DNA of 64,000 nt from Mobula hypostoma (taxonomy: Eukaryota), in contig NC_086108.1 in assembly GCF_963921235.1 (NCBI RefSeq), positions 113,338,001-113,402,000 of the forward strand, read 5' to 3'. Positions 1 through 15,000 of the stretch are shown here, piece by piece. The notes under the pieces were generated by a model that was not told the DNA's origin, did no database searches, and was given only the letters and a program-made list of their open reading frames with translations. Both the position numbers and the translations under genes were made by a program. Each line of letters starts with the position of its first letter. Position 1 is the stretch's first letter.

Positions 1-3000
1 AACAGGAACACAGAACAGTCCAGAACAGGATCACAGAACAGCACCGTCGTGCAACACAAAACAGTACCGAATGGGTACATAGAACAGTACCGAACAGGAA
101 CAGGAAACAGTACAGAACAGAACAGAATGGGAACACAGAACAGTACCAAACGGGAACATACAACAGAACTGAAAGGGAACACAGAACAGTAAATTAGAAC
201 AGTACAAGAGAGGAACACAGAACAATACAGAACAGAAACACAGAACAGTACAGAACAGCAACACAGAACAGTACAGAACAGCAACACAGAACAGTACAGA
301 ACAGCAACACAGAACAGTACAGAACAGGAACATGGGACAGCACAGAACAGTACAGAACAGGAACACAGAACATTACAAAACAGGAACACGGAACAGTACA
401 GAACAGGAACACAGAACAGTACAGAACAAGAACACGGAAGGGTACAGAACAGGAATACGGAACAGTACAACACAGGAACACAGAACAGTACAGAAAAGGA
501 AAAGAGAACAGTAGAGAAGAGGAACAGATAAAAGTACAGAACAGGAACAGAGAACACTGCAGCACAGAAACACAGAACAGTACAGAACAGGAATACAGAA
601 CTGTACAGAACAGGAACACAAAACAGTACAGAACAGGAACAGAGAACAGTATGGGACATGAACAGAGAACACTACAGAACAGAAACACAGAACAATACAT
701 AACAGGAATACAGAATGGTACAGAACAGGAACAGAGAGCAGTACAACATAGGAACATAGAACAGAACAGAACTGGAGCACAGAACAATACAACACAGGAA
801 TATAGAACAGTACAGATCAGGAACACAGAACGGTACAACACAGGAACACTGAACAGAACAGAACAGGAATACGGAACACCACAGAACACCAACACAGAAC
901 AGCACAGAAAAGGAATATAGAACAGTACAACACAGGAACACAGAACAGTACAGAATAGGAACAGAGGACAGTACAACACAGGAACACAGAACAGTACAGA
1001 ACAGGAGCACAGAACAGGAACATAGAACAGAACAGGAACACAGAACAGTACAGAACAGGAGCACAGAACAGGAACATAGAATAGAGCACAAACACCGAAC
1101 AGTCCAGAACAGGAACACAGAACAGTACAGAACAGCAACACAGAACAGTACAGAACAGCAACACAGAACAGTACAGAACAGGAACACAGAACAGTACAGA
1201 ACAGGAACATGGGACAGTACAGAACAGGAACACAGAACAGTACAGAACAAGAACACGGAAGGGTACAGAACAGGAATACCGAACAGTACAACACAGGAAC
1301 AGAGAACATTACGGAACAGGAACAGAGAACATTACGGAACAGGAACAGAGAACATTCCAGAACAGAAACACAGAACAGCACAGAACAGGAACAGAGAACA
1401 GTACAGAACAGGAACTGAGAATAGTATGGAAAAGGAACAAAGAACACAACAGAGCAGACACACAGAACAGTACAGAAGAGGAACACAGAACAGTACAGAA
1501 CAGGAACATAGAACAGTACATAACAGGAATACAGAATGGTACAGAACAGGAACAGAGAGCAGTACAACATAGGAACATAGAACAGAACAGAACAGGAACA
1601 CAGAACAATACAACACAGGAATATAGAACAGGACAGAACAGGAACACAGAACAATACAACACAGGAATATAGAACAGTACAGAAGAGGAACACTGAACAA
1701 TACAACACAGGAACACGGAAGAGAACAGAACAGGAATACGGAACACCACAGAACACCAACACAGAACAGCACAGAAAAGGAATATAGAACAGCACAACAC
1801 AGGAACACAGAACAGTACAGAATAGGAACAGAGGACAGTACAACACAGGAACACAGAACAGTACAGAACAGGAGCACAGAACAGGAACATAGAACAGAAC
1901 AGGAACACAGAACAGTCCAGAACAGGATCACAGAACAGCACCGTCGTGGAACACAAAACAGTACCGAATGGGTACATAGAACAGTACCGAACAGGAACAG
2001 GAAACAGTACAGAACAGAACAGAATGGGAACACAGAACAGTACCAAACGGGAACATACAACAGAACTGAACGGGAACACAGAACAGTAAATTAGAACAGT
2101 ACAAGAGAGGAACACAGAACAATACAGAACAGAAACACAGAACAGTACAGAACAGGAACATAGAACAGTACAGAACAGGAACAGGAAACAATACAGAACA
2201 GGAAAACGGAACAGTACAGAACAGGAACATAGAACAGTACATAACAGGAATACAGAATGGTACAGAACAGGAACAGAGAGCAGTACAACATAGGAACATA
2301 GAACAGAACAGAACAGGAACACAGAACAATACAACACAGGAATATAGAACAGTACAGAAGAGGAACACTGAACAATACAACACAGGAACACGGAAGAGAA
2401 CAGAACAGGAATACGGAACACCACAGAACACCAACACAGAACAGCACAGAAAAGGAATATAGAACAGTACAACACAGGAACACAGAACAGTACAGAACAG
2501 GAACAGAGAACAGTACAGAACAGGAACACAGAACAGTACAGAATGGGAACAGCACAGAACAGGAACATAGAACAGAACAGGAACACAGAACAGTACAGAA
2601 CAGGAGCACAGAACAGGAACATAGAATAGAGCACAAACACCGAACAGTCCAGAACAGGAACACAGAACAGTACAGAACAGCAACACAGAACAGTACAGAA
2701 CAGGAACACAGAACAGTACAGAACAGGAACACAGAACAGTACAGAACAGGAACATGGAACAGTACAGAACAGGAACACAGAACAGTACAGAACAAAAACA
2801 CAGAAGGGTACAGAACAGGAACACAGAACAGTACAACACAACAACAGAGAACAGTACAGAACAGGAACAGAGAACAGTACAGAACAGGAACAGAGAACAT
2901 TCCAGAACAGGAACACAGAACAGTACAGAACAGGAACAGAGAACAGTACAGAACAGGAACTGAGAATAGTATGGAAAAGGAACAAAGAACACAACAGAAC

Positions 3001-6000
3001 AGACACACAGAACAGTACAGAACAGGAACACAGAACAGTACAGAACAGCAACACAGAACAGTACAGAACAGGAATACAGAATGGTACAGAACAGGAACAG
3101 AGAGCAGTACAACATAGGAACATAGAACAGAACAGAACAGGAACACCGAACAATACAACACAAGAAAATAGAACAGTACAGCACAGGAACACAGAACAGT
3201 ACAACACAGGAACACGGAAGAGAACAGAACAGAAATATGGAACACCACAGAACACCGACACAGAACAGCACAGAAAAGGAATATAGAACAGTACAACACA
3301 GGAACACAGAACAGTACAGAACAGGAACAGAGAACAGTACAGAACAGGAACACAGAACAGTACAGAACAGGAGCACAGAACAGGAACATAGAACAGAACA
3401 GGAACACAGAACAGTACAGAACAGGAACACAGAACAGGAACATAGAACAGTACCGAACAGAAACACAGAACATTACCGAACGGGAACACAGAACAGCACC
3501 GTCGTGGAACACAAAACAGTACCGAATGGGTACATAGAACAGTACCGAACAGGAACAGGAAACAGTACAGAACAGAACAGAATGGGAACACAGAACAGTA
3601 CCAAAAGGGAACATACAACAGAACTGAACGGGAACACAGAACAGTAAATTAGAACAGTACAAGAGAGGAACACAGAACAATACAGAACAGAAACACAGAA
3701 CAGTACAGAACAGGAACATAGAACAGTACAGAACAAGAACAGGAAAACAAGTACAGAACAGGAAAACGGAACAGTACAGAACAGGAACATAGAACAGTAC
3801 ATAACAGGAATACAGAATGGTACAGAACAGGAACAGAGAGCAGTACAACATAGGAACATAGAACAGAACAGAACAGGAACACAGAACAATACAACACAGG
3901 AATATAGAACAGTACAGAAGAGGAACACTGAATAATACAACACAGGAACACGGAAGAGAACAGAACAGGAATACGGAACACCACAGAACACCAACACAGA
4001 ACAGCACAGAAAAGGAATATAGAACAGTACAACACAGGAACACAGAACAGTACAGAATAGGAACAGAGGACAGTACAACACAGGAACACAGAACAGTACA
4101 GAACAGGAGCACAGAACAGGAACATAGAACAGAACAGGAACACAGAACAGTACAGGAACACAGAACAGTACAGAACAGCAGCACAGAACAGGAACATAGA
4201 ATAGAGCACAAACACCGAACAGTCCAGAACAGGAACACAGAACAGTACAGAACAGCAACACAGAACAGTACAGAACAGCAACACAGAACAGTACAGAACA
4301 GGAACACAGAACAGTACAGAACAGGAACACAGAACAGTACAGAACAGGAACATGGGACAGCACAGAACAGTACAGAACAGGAACACGGAACAGTACAGAA
4401 CAGGAACACAGAACAGTACAGAACAAGAACACGGATGGGTACAGAACAGGAATACGGAACAGTACAACACAGGAACACAGAACAGTACAGAAAAGGAACA
4501 GAGAACAGTAGAGAAGAGGAACAGATAAAAGTACAGAACAGGAACAGAGAACACTGCAGCACAGAAACACAGAACAGTACAACACAGGAACACTGAACAG
4601 AACAGGAATACGGAACACCACAGAACACCAACACAGAACAGCACAGAAAAGGAATATAGAACAGTACAACACAGGAACACAGAACAGTACAGAACAGGAA
4701 CATAGAACAGTACAGAACAGGAACTCAGAACAGTACAACACAGGAACAGAGAACAGTACATAACATGAACACTGAACAGTACAGAACAGAAACACATAAC
4801 AGTACAGTGCAGGAACAGAGAACAGTACAGAACAGGAACATAGAACAGAACAGAACAGGAACACCGAACAGTACTGTACAAGATCACGGAACAGTACAGA
4901 ACAGGAACACTGAACAGTACAGAACAGGAACACGGAACAGTACAAAATGAACACAGAGCAGTACAGAACAGGAAAAGACAACAGTACCACACAGGAACAC
5001 AGAACAGTACAACACAGGAACACAGAACAGTACAACACAGGAACACAGAGCATTACAGAACAGGAACAGAGAGCAGTACGGAACAGGAACAGAGAGCAGC
5101 ACAGAACAGCAACACTCAACTGCACAGAACAGGAACATGGAACAGTACAGAACAGGAAAACATATCAGTACAGCAAAGGAGCACAGAACAGTACAGCAAA
5201 GGAGCACATAACAGTACAACACAACAACACAGAACAGTACCGAAGGGAAACACAGAACACTACTGAACGCGAACACAGAACAGTACCGAACGGGAACACA
5301 GAACAGTACCGAACGGGAACACAGAACAGTACCAAACTTGAACACAGAACAGCACAGAACGGGAACATAGAACAGTACAGAACAAGAACACAGAGCAGTA
5401 CAGAACAGGAACACAGAACAGAACCGAATGGGTAAATAGAACTGTACAGAACCGGAACACAGAACAGTACAGAACAGGAAATCAGAACAGTACAACACAG
5501 GAACACAGAACAGTACAACACAGGAACAGAGAACAGTACAGAACATGAACACAGAACAGTACAGAACATCAACACAGTACAGTACACAACAGGAACACAG
5601 AACAGTACAGAGCACGAACACAGAACAGTACAGAACAGGAACACAGAACAGTACAGAACAGGAACATGGGACAGCACAGAACAGTACAGGACAGGAACAC
5701 AGAACAGTACAGAACAGGAACACGGAACAGTACAGAACAGGAATACGGAACAGTACAACACAGGAACACAGAACAGTACAGAAAAGGAACAGAGAACAGT
5801 AGAGAAGAGGAACAGATAAAAGTACAGAACAGGAACAGAGAACACTGCAGCACAGAAACACAGAACAGTACAGAACAGGAACACAAAACAGTACAGAACA
5901 GGAACACAAAACAGTATAGAACAGGAACAGAGAACAGTACGGAACATGAACAGAGAACACTACTGAACAGAAACACAGAACAATACAGAACAGGAATACA

Positions 6001-9000
6001 GAATGGTACAGAACAGGAACAGAGAGCAGTACAACATAGGAACATAGAATAGAACAGAACAGGAACACAGAACAATACAACACAGGAATATAGAACAGTA
6101 CAGAACAGGAACACAGAACAGTACAACACAGGAACACTGAACAGAACAGAACAGGAATACGGAACACCACAGAACACCAACACAGAACAGCACAGAAAAG
6201 GAATATAGAACAGTACAACACAGGAACACAGAACAGTACAGAACAGGAACACAGAATAGTACAGAACAGGAACAGAGAACATTACGGAACAGGAACAGAG
6301 AACATTCCAGAACAGACACACAGAACAGTACAGAACAGGAACAGAGAACAGTACAGAACAGTAACACAGAAAAGTGCAGAAAATGAACAGACAACCGTAC
6401 AGAACAGGAATAGACAACAGTACAGAACAGGAGCAGACAGCAGTACAGAACAGGAACGCAGAGCAGTACAGAACAGGAACACGGAACAGTACAGAACAGG
6501 AACACAGAACAGTACAGAACAGGAACACAGAACAGTACAGAACAGGAACAGAGCAAAGTACAGAACAGGAACAGAGCAATGTACATAACAGGAACAGGGA
6601 ATAGTACAGAACAGGAACAGAGAACAGAACAGAAGAGGAACACAGACCAGGACAAAAAAGGAACACAGAACAGTAAAGAACAGTACAGAACAGGAACACA
6701 GAACAGTACAGAACAGGAACAGAGAACAGAACAACACAGGAACATAGAACAGTACAGAACAAGAACACAGAAAACTACAGAACATGAACATAGAATGGTA
6801 CAACACAGGAACACAGAACAGTACAAAACAGGAACACGGAACAGTGCAGAACAGCAACACGGAACAGTACAGAACAGGAACGTGGAACACCACAGACAAC
6901 GAACACAGAACAGAACAGAACAGGAATATAGAACAGTACAGAACAGGAACAGAGAACAGTACAGAACATCAACACTGAACAGTACAGAACAGAACAGGAA
7001 CACAGAACAGTACAGTGCAGGAACAGAGAACAGTACAGAACAGGAACATAGAGCAGTACAGAACAGGAACATAGAACAGTACAGAACAGGAACAGAGAAC
7101 AGTACAGAACAGGATCACGGAACAGTACAGAACAGGAAAACGGAGCAGTAGAGAAGAGGAACACAGAGCAGTACAGAGCATGAACACAGAACAGTCCAGA
7201 ACAGGAACACAGAACAGTACAGAACAGCAACACAGAACAGTACACGACAGGAACACAGAACAGTACAGAGCACGAACACAGAACAGTACAGAACAGGAAC
7301 CCAGAACAGTACAGAACAGGAACATGGGACAGCACAGAACAGTACAGGACCGGAACACAGAACAGTACAGAACAGGAACACGGAACAGTACAGAACAGGA
7401 ACACAGAACAGTACAGAACAAGAACACGGAAGGGTACAGAACAGGAACACAGAAGGGTACAGAACAGGAATACGGAACAGTACAACACAGGAACACAGAA
7501 CAGTACAGAAAAGGGACAGAGAACAGTAGAGAAGAGGAACAGATAAAAGTACAGAACAGGAACAGAGAACACTGCAGCACAGAAACACAGAACAGTACAG
7601 AACAGGAACACAAAACAGTACAGAACAGGAACAGAGAACAGTACGGAACATGAACAGAGAACACTACAGAACAGAAACACAGAACAATACAGAACAGGAA
7701 TACAGAATGGTACAGAACAGGAACAGAGAGCAGTACAACATAGGAACATAGAACAGAACAGAACAGGAACACAGAACAATACAACACAGGAATATAGAAC
7801 AGTACAGAACAGGAACACAGAACAGTACAACACAGGAACACAGAACAGTACAGAACAGGAATACAGAATGGTACAGAACAGGAACACAAAACAGTACAGA
7901 ACAGGAACAGAGAACAGTGTGGGACATGAACAGAGAACACAACAGAACAAAAACATAGAACAATACAGAACAGGAACACAGAACAGTACAGAACAGGAAT
8001 ACAGAATGGTACAGAACAGGAACAGAGAGCAGTACAACATAGGAACATAGAACAGTACAGAACAGGAACACAGAACAGTACAACACAGGAACACAGAACA
8101 GTACAGAACAGAACAGGAACAGAGAACAGTACTACACAGGAACACAGAACAGTACAGAACAGGAACACAGAACAGTACAACACAGGAACAGAGAACAGTA
8201 GAGAACAGGAACAGAGAACATTACGGAACAGGAACAGAGAACATTCCAGAACAGAAACACAGAACAGTACAGAACAGGAACACAGAACAGTACAGAACAG
8301 GAACACAGAATAGTATGGAAAAGCAACAAAGAACACAACAGAGCAGACACACAGAACAGTACAGAAGAGGAACACAGAACAGTACAGAACAGGAACACAG
8401 AACAGTACAACACAGGAACACAGAACAGTACAACACAGGAACACAGAGCATTACAGAACAGGAACAGAGAGCAGTACAGAACAGGAACAGAGAGCAGCAC
8501 AGAACAGCAACACTCAACTGCACAGAACAGGAACATGGAACAGTACAGAACAGGAAAACATATCAGTACAGCAAAGGAGCACAGAACAGTACAGAAAAGG
8601 AACACAGAACAGTACAACACAACAACATAGAACAGTACCGAACAGAAACACAGAACATTACCGAACGGGAACACAGAACAGTACCGAATGGGAACACAAA
8701 ACAGTACAGAACAGGAATGCAGAATAGTACCGAACGTGAACACAGAACAGTACAGAACAGGAACATAGAACAGTACAGAACAGGAACACAGAACAGTACA
8801 GAACAGGAACACAGAACAGTACAGAACGGGAACATAGAACAGTACAGAACAGGAACACAGAACAGTACAGAACAGGAAATCAGAACAGTACAACACAGGA
8901 ACACAGAACAGTACAACACAGGAACAGAGAACAGTACAGAACATGAACACAGAACAGTACAGAACAGCAACACAGAACAGTACACAACAGGAACACAGAA

Positions 9001-12000
9001 CAGTACAGAGCACGAACACAGAACAGTACAGAACAGGAACACAGAACAGTACAGAACAGGAACATGGGACAGCACAGAACAGTACAGGACAGGAACACAG
9101 AACAGTACAGAACAGGAACACGGAACAGTACAGAACAGGAATACGGAACAGTACAACACAGGAACACAGAACAGTACAGAAAAGGAACAGAGAACAGTAG
9201 AGAAGAGGAACAGATAAAAGTACAGAACAGGAACAGAGAACACTGCAGCACAGAAACACAGAACAGTACAGAACAGGAACACAAAACAGTACAGAACAGG
9301 AACACAAAACAGTATAGAACAGGAACAGAGAACAGTACGGAACATGAACAGAGAACACTACTGAACAGAAACACAGAACAATACAGAACAGGAATACAGA
9401 ATGGTACAGAACAGGAACAGAGAGCAGTACAACATAGGAACATAGAACAGAACAGAACAGGAACACAGAACAATACAACACAGGAATATAGAACAGTACA
9501 GAACAGGAACACAGAACAGTACAACACAGGAACACTGAACAGAACAGAACAGGAATACGGAACACCACAGAACACCAACACAGAACAGCACAGAAAAGGA
9601 ATATAGAACAGTACAACACAGGAACACAGAACAGTACAGAACAGGAACACAGAACAGTACAGAACAGGAACAGAGAACATTACGGAACAGGAACAGAGAA
9701 CATTCCAGAACAGACACACAGAACAGTACAGAACAGGAACAGAGAACAGTACAGAACAGTAACACAGAAAAGTGCAGAAAAGGAACAGACAACCGTACAG
9801 AACAGGAATAGACAACAGTACAGAACAGGAGCAGACAGCAGTACAGAACAGGAACGCAGAGCAGTACAGAACAGGAACACAGAACAGTACAGAACAGGAA
9901 CACAGAACAGTACAGAACAGGAACAGAGCAATGTACATAACAGGAACAGGGAATAGTACAGAACAGGAACAAAGAACAGAACAGAAGAGGAACACAGACC
10001 AGGACAAAAAAGGAACACAGAACAGTAAAGAACAGTACAGAACAGGAACACAGAACAGTACAGAACAGGAACAGAGAACAGAACAACACAGGAACATAGA
10101 ACAGTACAGAACAAGAACACAGAAAACTACAGAACATGAACATAGAATGGTACAACACAGGAACACAGAACAGTACAAAACAGGAACACGGAACAGTGCA
10201 GAACAGCAACACGGAACAGTACAGAACAGGAACGTGGAACACCACAGACAACGAACACAGAACAGAACAGAACAGGAATATAGAACAGTACAGAACAGGA
10301 ACAGAGAACAGTACAGAACATCAACACTGAACAGTACAGAACAGAACAGGAACACAGAACAGTACAGTGCAGGAACAGAGAACAGTACAGAACAGGAACA
10401 GGAACATAGAGCAGTACAGAACAGGAACATAGAACAGTACAGGAACATAGAACAGTACAGAACAGGATCACGGAACAGTACAGAACAGGAAAACGGAGCA
10501 GTAGAGAAGAGGAACACAGAGCATGAACACAGAACAGTCCAGAACAGGAACACAGAACAGTACAGAACAGCAACACAGAACAGTACACAACAGGAACACA
10601 GAACAGTACAGAGCACGAACACAGAACAGTCCAGAACAGAAACACAGAACAGCAACACAGAACAGTACAGAACAGGAACACAGAACAGTACAGGAAAGGA
10701 ACACAGAACAGGAACATGGAACAGTACAGAACAGGAACACAGAGCAGTACAGAGCAAGAACACGGAAGGGTACAGAACAGGAACACGGAAGGGTACAGAA
10801 CAGGAATATGGAACAGTACAACACAGGAACACAGAACAGAACAGAACAGGAACACAGAACAGTACAGAAAAGGAACAGAGAACAGTAGAGAAGAGGAACA
10901 GATAAAAGTACAGAACAGGAACAGAGAACACTGCAGCACAGAAACACAGAGCAGTACAGAACAGGAATACAGAACTGTACAGAACAGGAACACAAAACAA
11001 TACAGAACAGGAACAGAGAACAGTACGGAACATGAACAGAGAACACTACAGAACAGAAACACAGAACAATACAGAACAGGAATACAGAATGGTACAGAAC
11101 AGGAACAGAGAGCAGTACAACATAGGAACATAGAACAGAACAGAACAGGAACACAGAACAATACAACACAGGAATATAGAACAGTACAGATCAGGAACAC
11201 AGAACGGTACAACACAGGAACACTGAACAGAACAGAACAGGAATACGGAACACCACAGAACACCAACACAGAACAGCACAGAAAAGGAATATAGAACAGT
11301 ACAACACAGGAACACAGAACAGTACAGAACAGGAACATAGAACAGTACAGAACAGGAACAGAGAACAGTACAACACAGGAACAGGAAACAATACAGAACA
11401 TGAAAACGGAACAGTACAGATCAGAAACACATAACAGTACAGCACAGGAACACAGAACAGTACAGAACAGGAACATAGAACAGTACAGAACAGGAACACC
11501 GAACAGTACAGAACAGGAACACCGAACAGTACAGAACAGGAACACTGAACAGTACAGAACAGGAACACGGAACAGTACAAAATGAACACAGAGCAGTACA
11601 GAACAGGAAAAGACAACAGTACCACACAGGAACACAGAACAGTACCGAACGGGAACACAGAACAGTACCAAACAGGAACACAGAACAGTACAGAACGGGA
11701 ACATAGAACAGTACAGAACAAGAACACAGAACAATACAGAATGGGAACACAGAACAGCACAGAACGGGAACACAGAACAGTACCGAACGGGTACATAGAA
11801 CAGTACAGAACGGGAACACAGAACAGTACAGAAAAGGAACACAGAACAGTACAACACAGGAACACAGAACAGTACAGAACATGAACACAGAACAGTACAG
11901 AACAAGAACACAGAACAGTACAGAACAGGAACACAGAACAGTACAGAACACGAACACAGAACAGTACAGAACAGGAACACAGAACAGTACAGAACAGGAA

Positions 12001-15000
12001 CACAGAACAGTACAGGAAAGGAACACAGAACAGGAACATGGAACAGTACAGAACAGGAACACATAACAGTACAGTGCAGGAACAGAGAACAGTACAGAAC
12101 AGGAACATAGAACAGAACAGAACAGGAACACAGAACAGTACAGAACAGGAACACGGAACAGTACAGAACAGGAACACAGAACAGTACAGAACAGGAACAC
12201 GGAACAGTACAAAATGAACACAGAGCAGTACAGAACAGGAAAAGACAACAGTACCACACAGGAACACAGAACAGTACAACACAGGAACACAGAACAGTAC
12301 AACACAGGAACACAGAGCATTACAGAACAGGAACAGAGAGCAGTACGGAACAGGAACAGAGAGCAGCACAGAACAGCAACACTCAACTGCACAGAACAGG
12401 AACATGGAACAGTACAGAACAGGAAAACATATCAGTACAGCAAAGGAGCACAGAACAGTACAGAAAAGGAACACAGAACAGTACAACACAACAACATAGA
12501 ACAGTACCGAACAGAAACACAGAACATTACCGAACGGGAACACAGAACAGTACCGAATGGGAACACAGAACAGTACAGAACAGGAACACAGAACAGTACC
12601 AAACTTGAACACAGAACAGCACAGAACGGGAACATAGAACAGTACAGAACAAGAACACAGAGCAGTACAGAACAAGAACACAGAGCAGTACAGAACAGGA
12701 ACACAGAACAGAACCGAATGGGTAAATAGAACTGTACAGAACCGGAACACAGAACAGTACAGAACAGGAAATCAGAACAGTACAACACAGGAACACAGAA
12801 CAGTACAACACAGGAACAGAGAACAGTACAGAACAAGAACACAGAACAGTACAGAACAGCAACACAGTACAGTACACAACAGGAACACAGAACAGTACAG
12901 AGCACGAACACAGAACAGTACAGAACAGGAACACAGAACAGTACAGAACAGGAACACAGAACAGTACAGGAAAGGAACACAGAACAGGAACATGGAACAG
13001 TACAGAACAGGAACACAGAGCAGTACAGAGCAAGAACACGGAAGGGTACAGAACAGGAACACGGAAGGGTACAGAACAGGAATATGGAACAGTACAACAC
13101 AGGAACACAGAACAGAACAGGAACACAGAACAGTACAGAAAAGGAACAGAGAACAGTAGAGAAGTGGAACAGATAAAAGTACAGAACAGGAACAGAGAAC
13201 ACTGCAGCACAGAAACACAGAGCAGTACAGAACAGGAATACAGAACTGTACAGAACAGGAACACAAAACAATACAGAACAGGAACAGAGAACAGTACGGA
13301 ACATGTACAGAGAACACTACAGAACAGAAACACAGAACAATACAGAACAGGAATACAGAATGGTACAGAACAGGAACAGAGAGCAATACAACATAGGAAC
13401 ATAGAACAGTACAGAACAGGAACACAGAACAGTAAAACACAGGAACACAGAACAGAACAGAACAGGAATACGGAACACCACAGAACACCAAAACAGAACA
13501 GCACAGAAAAGGAATATAGAACAGTACAACACAGGAACACAGAACAGAACAGAACAGGAACACAGAACATAGTACAGAACAGGAACATGGAACAGTACAG
13601 AACAGGAACATTCAGAACAGCACCGTCGGGGAACACAAAACAGTACCGAATGGGTACATAGAACAGTACCGAACAGGAACAGGAAACAGTACAGAACAGA
13701 ACAGAATGGGAACACAGAACAGTACCAAACGGGAACATACAACAGAACTGAACGGGAACACAGAACAGTAAATTAGAACAGTACAAGAGAGGAACACAGA
13801 ACAATACAGAACAGAAACACAGAACAGTACCGAACGGGAACACAGAACAGTATTGAACGGGTACATAGAACAGTACAGAAAGGGAACACAGAAAAGTACA
13901 GAACCGGAACACAGAACAGTACAGAACAGGAAATCAGAACAGTACAACACAGGAACACAGAACAGTACAACACAGGAACAGAGAACAGTACAGAACATGA
14001 ACACTGAACAGTACAGAACAGGATCACGGAACAGTACAGAACAGGAAAACGGAGCAGTAGAGAAGAGGAACACAGAGCAGTACAGAGCACGAACACAGAA
14101 CAGTCCCGAACAGGAACACAGAACAGTACAGAACAGCAACACAGAACAGTACACAACAGGAACACAGAACAGTACAGAGCACGAACACAGAACAGTACAG
14201 AACAGCAACACAGAACAGTACAGAACAGCAACACAGAACAGTACAGAACAGCAACACAGAACAGTACAGAACAGGAACATGGGACAGCACAGAACAGTAC
14301 AGAACAGGAACACAGAACATTACAGAACAGGAACACGGAACAGTACAGAACAGGAACACAGAACAGTACAGAACAAGAACACGGAAGGGTACAGAACAGG
14401 AATACGGAACAGTACAACACAGGAACACAGAACAGTACAGAAAAGGAAAAGAGAACAGTAGAGAAGAGGAACAGATAAAAGTACAGAACAGGAACAGAGA
14501 ACACTGCAGCACAGAAACACAGAACAGTACAGAACAGGAATACAGAACTGTACAGAACAGGAACACAAAACAGTACAGAACAGGAACAGAGAACAGTATG
14601 GGACATGAACAGAGAACACTACAGAACAGAAACACAGAACAATACATAACAGGAATACAGAATGGTACAGAACAGGAACAGAGAGCAGTACAACATAGGA
14701 ACATAGAACAGAACAGAACTGGAGCACAGAACAATACAACACAGGAATATAGAACAGTACAGATCAGGAACACAGAACGGTACAACACAGGAACACTGAA
14801 CAGAACAGAACAGGAATACGGAACACCACAGAACACCAACACAGAACAGCACAGAAAAGGAATATAGAACAGTACAACACAGGAACACAGAACAGTACAG
14901 AACAGGAACATAGAACAGTACAGAACAGGAACTCAGAACAGTACAACACAGGAACAGAGAACAGTACATAACATGAACACTGAACAGTACAGAACAGAAA

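Noticed and set aside
9772..10905. Plus-strand Thr/Glu/Gln/Arg/Asn-rich ORFs resembling repetitive surface antigens
   Set aside because: Same artefact. They are ended at random by the common CA>TA variant (TAG), and there is no unique N- or C-terminal domain or frame preference.
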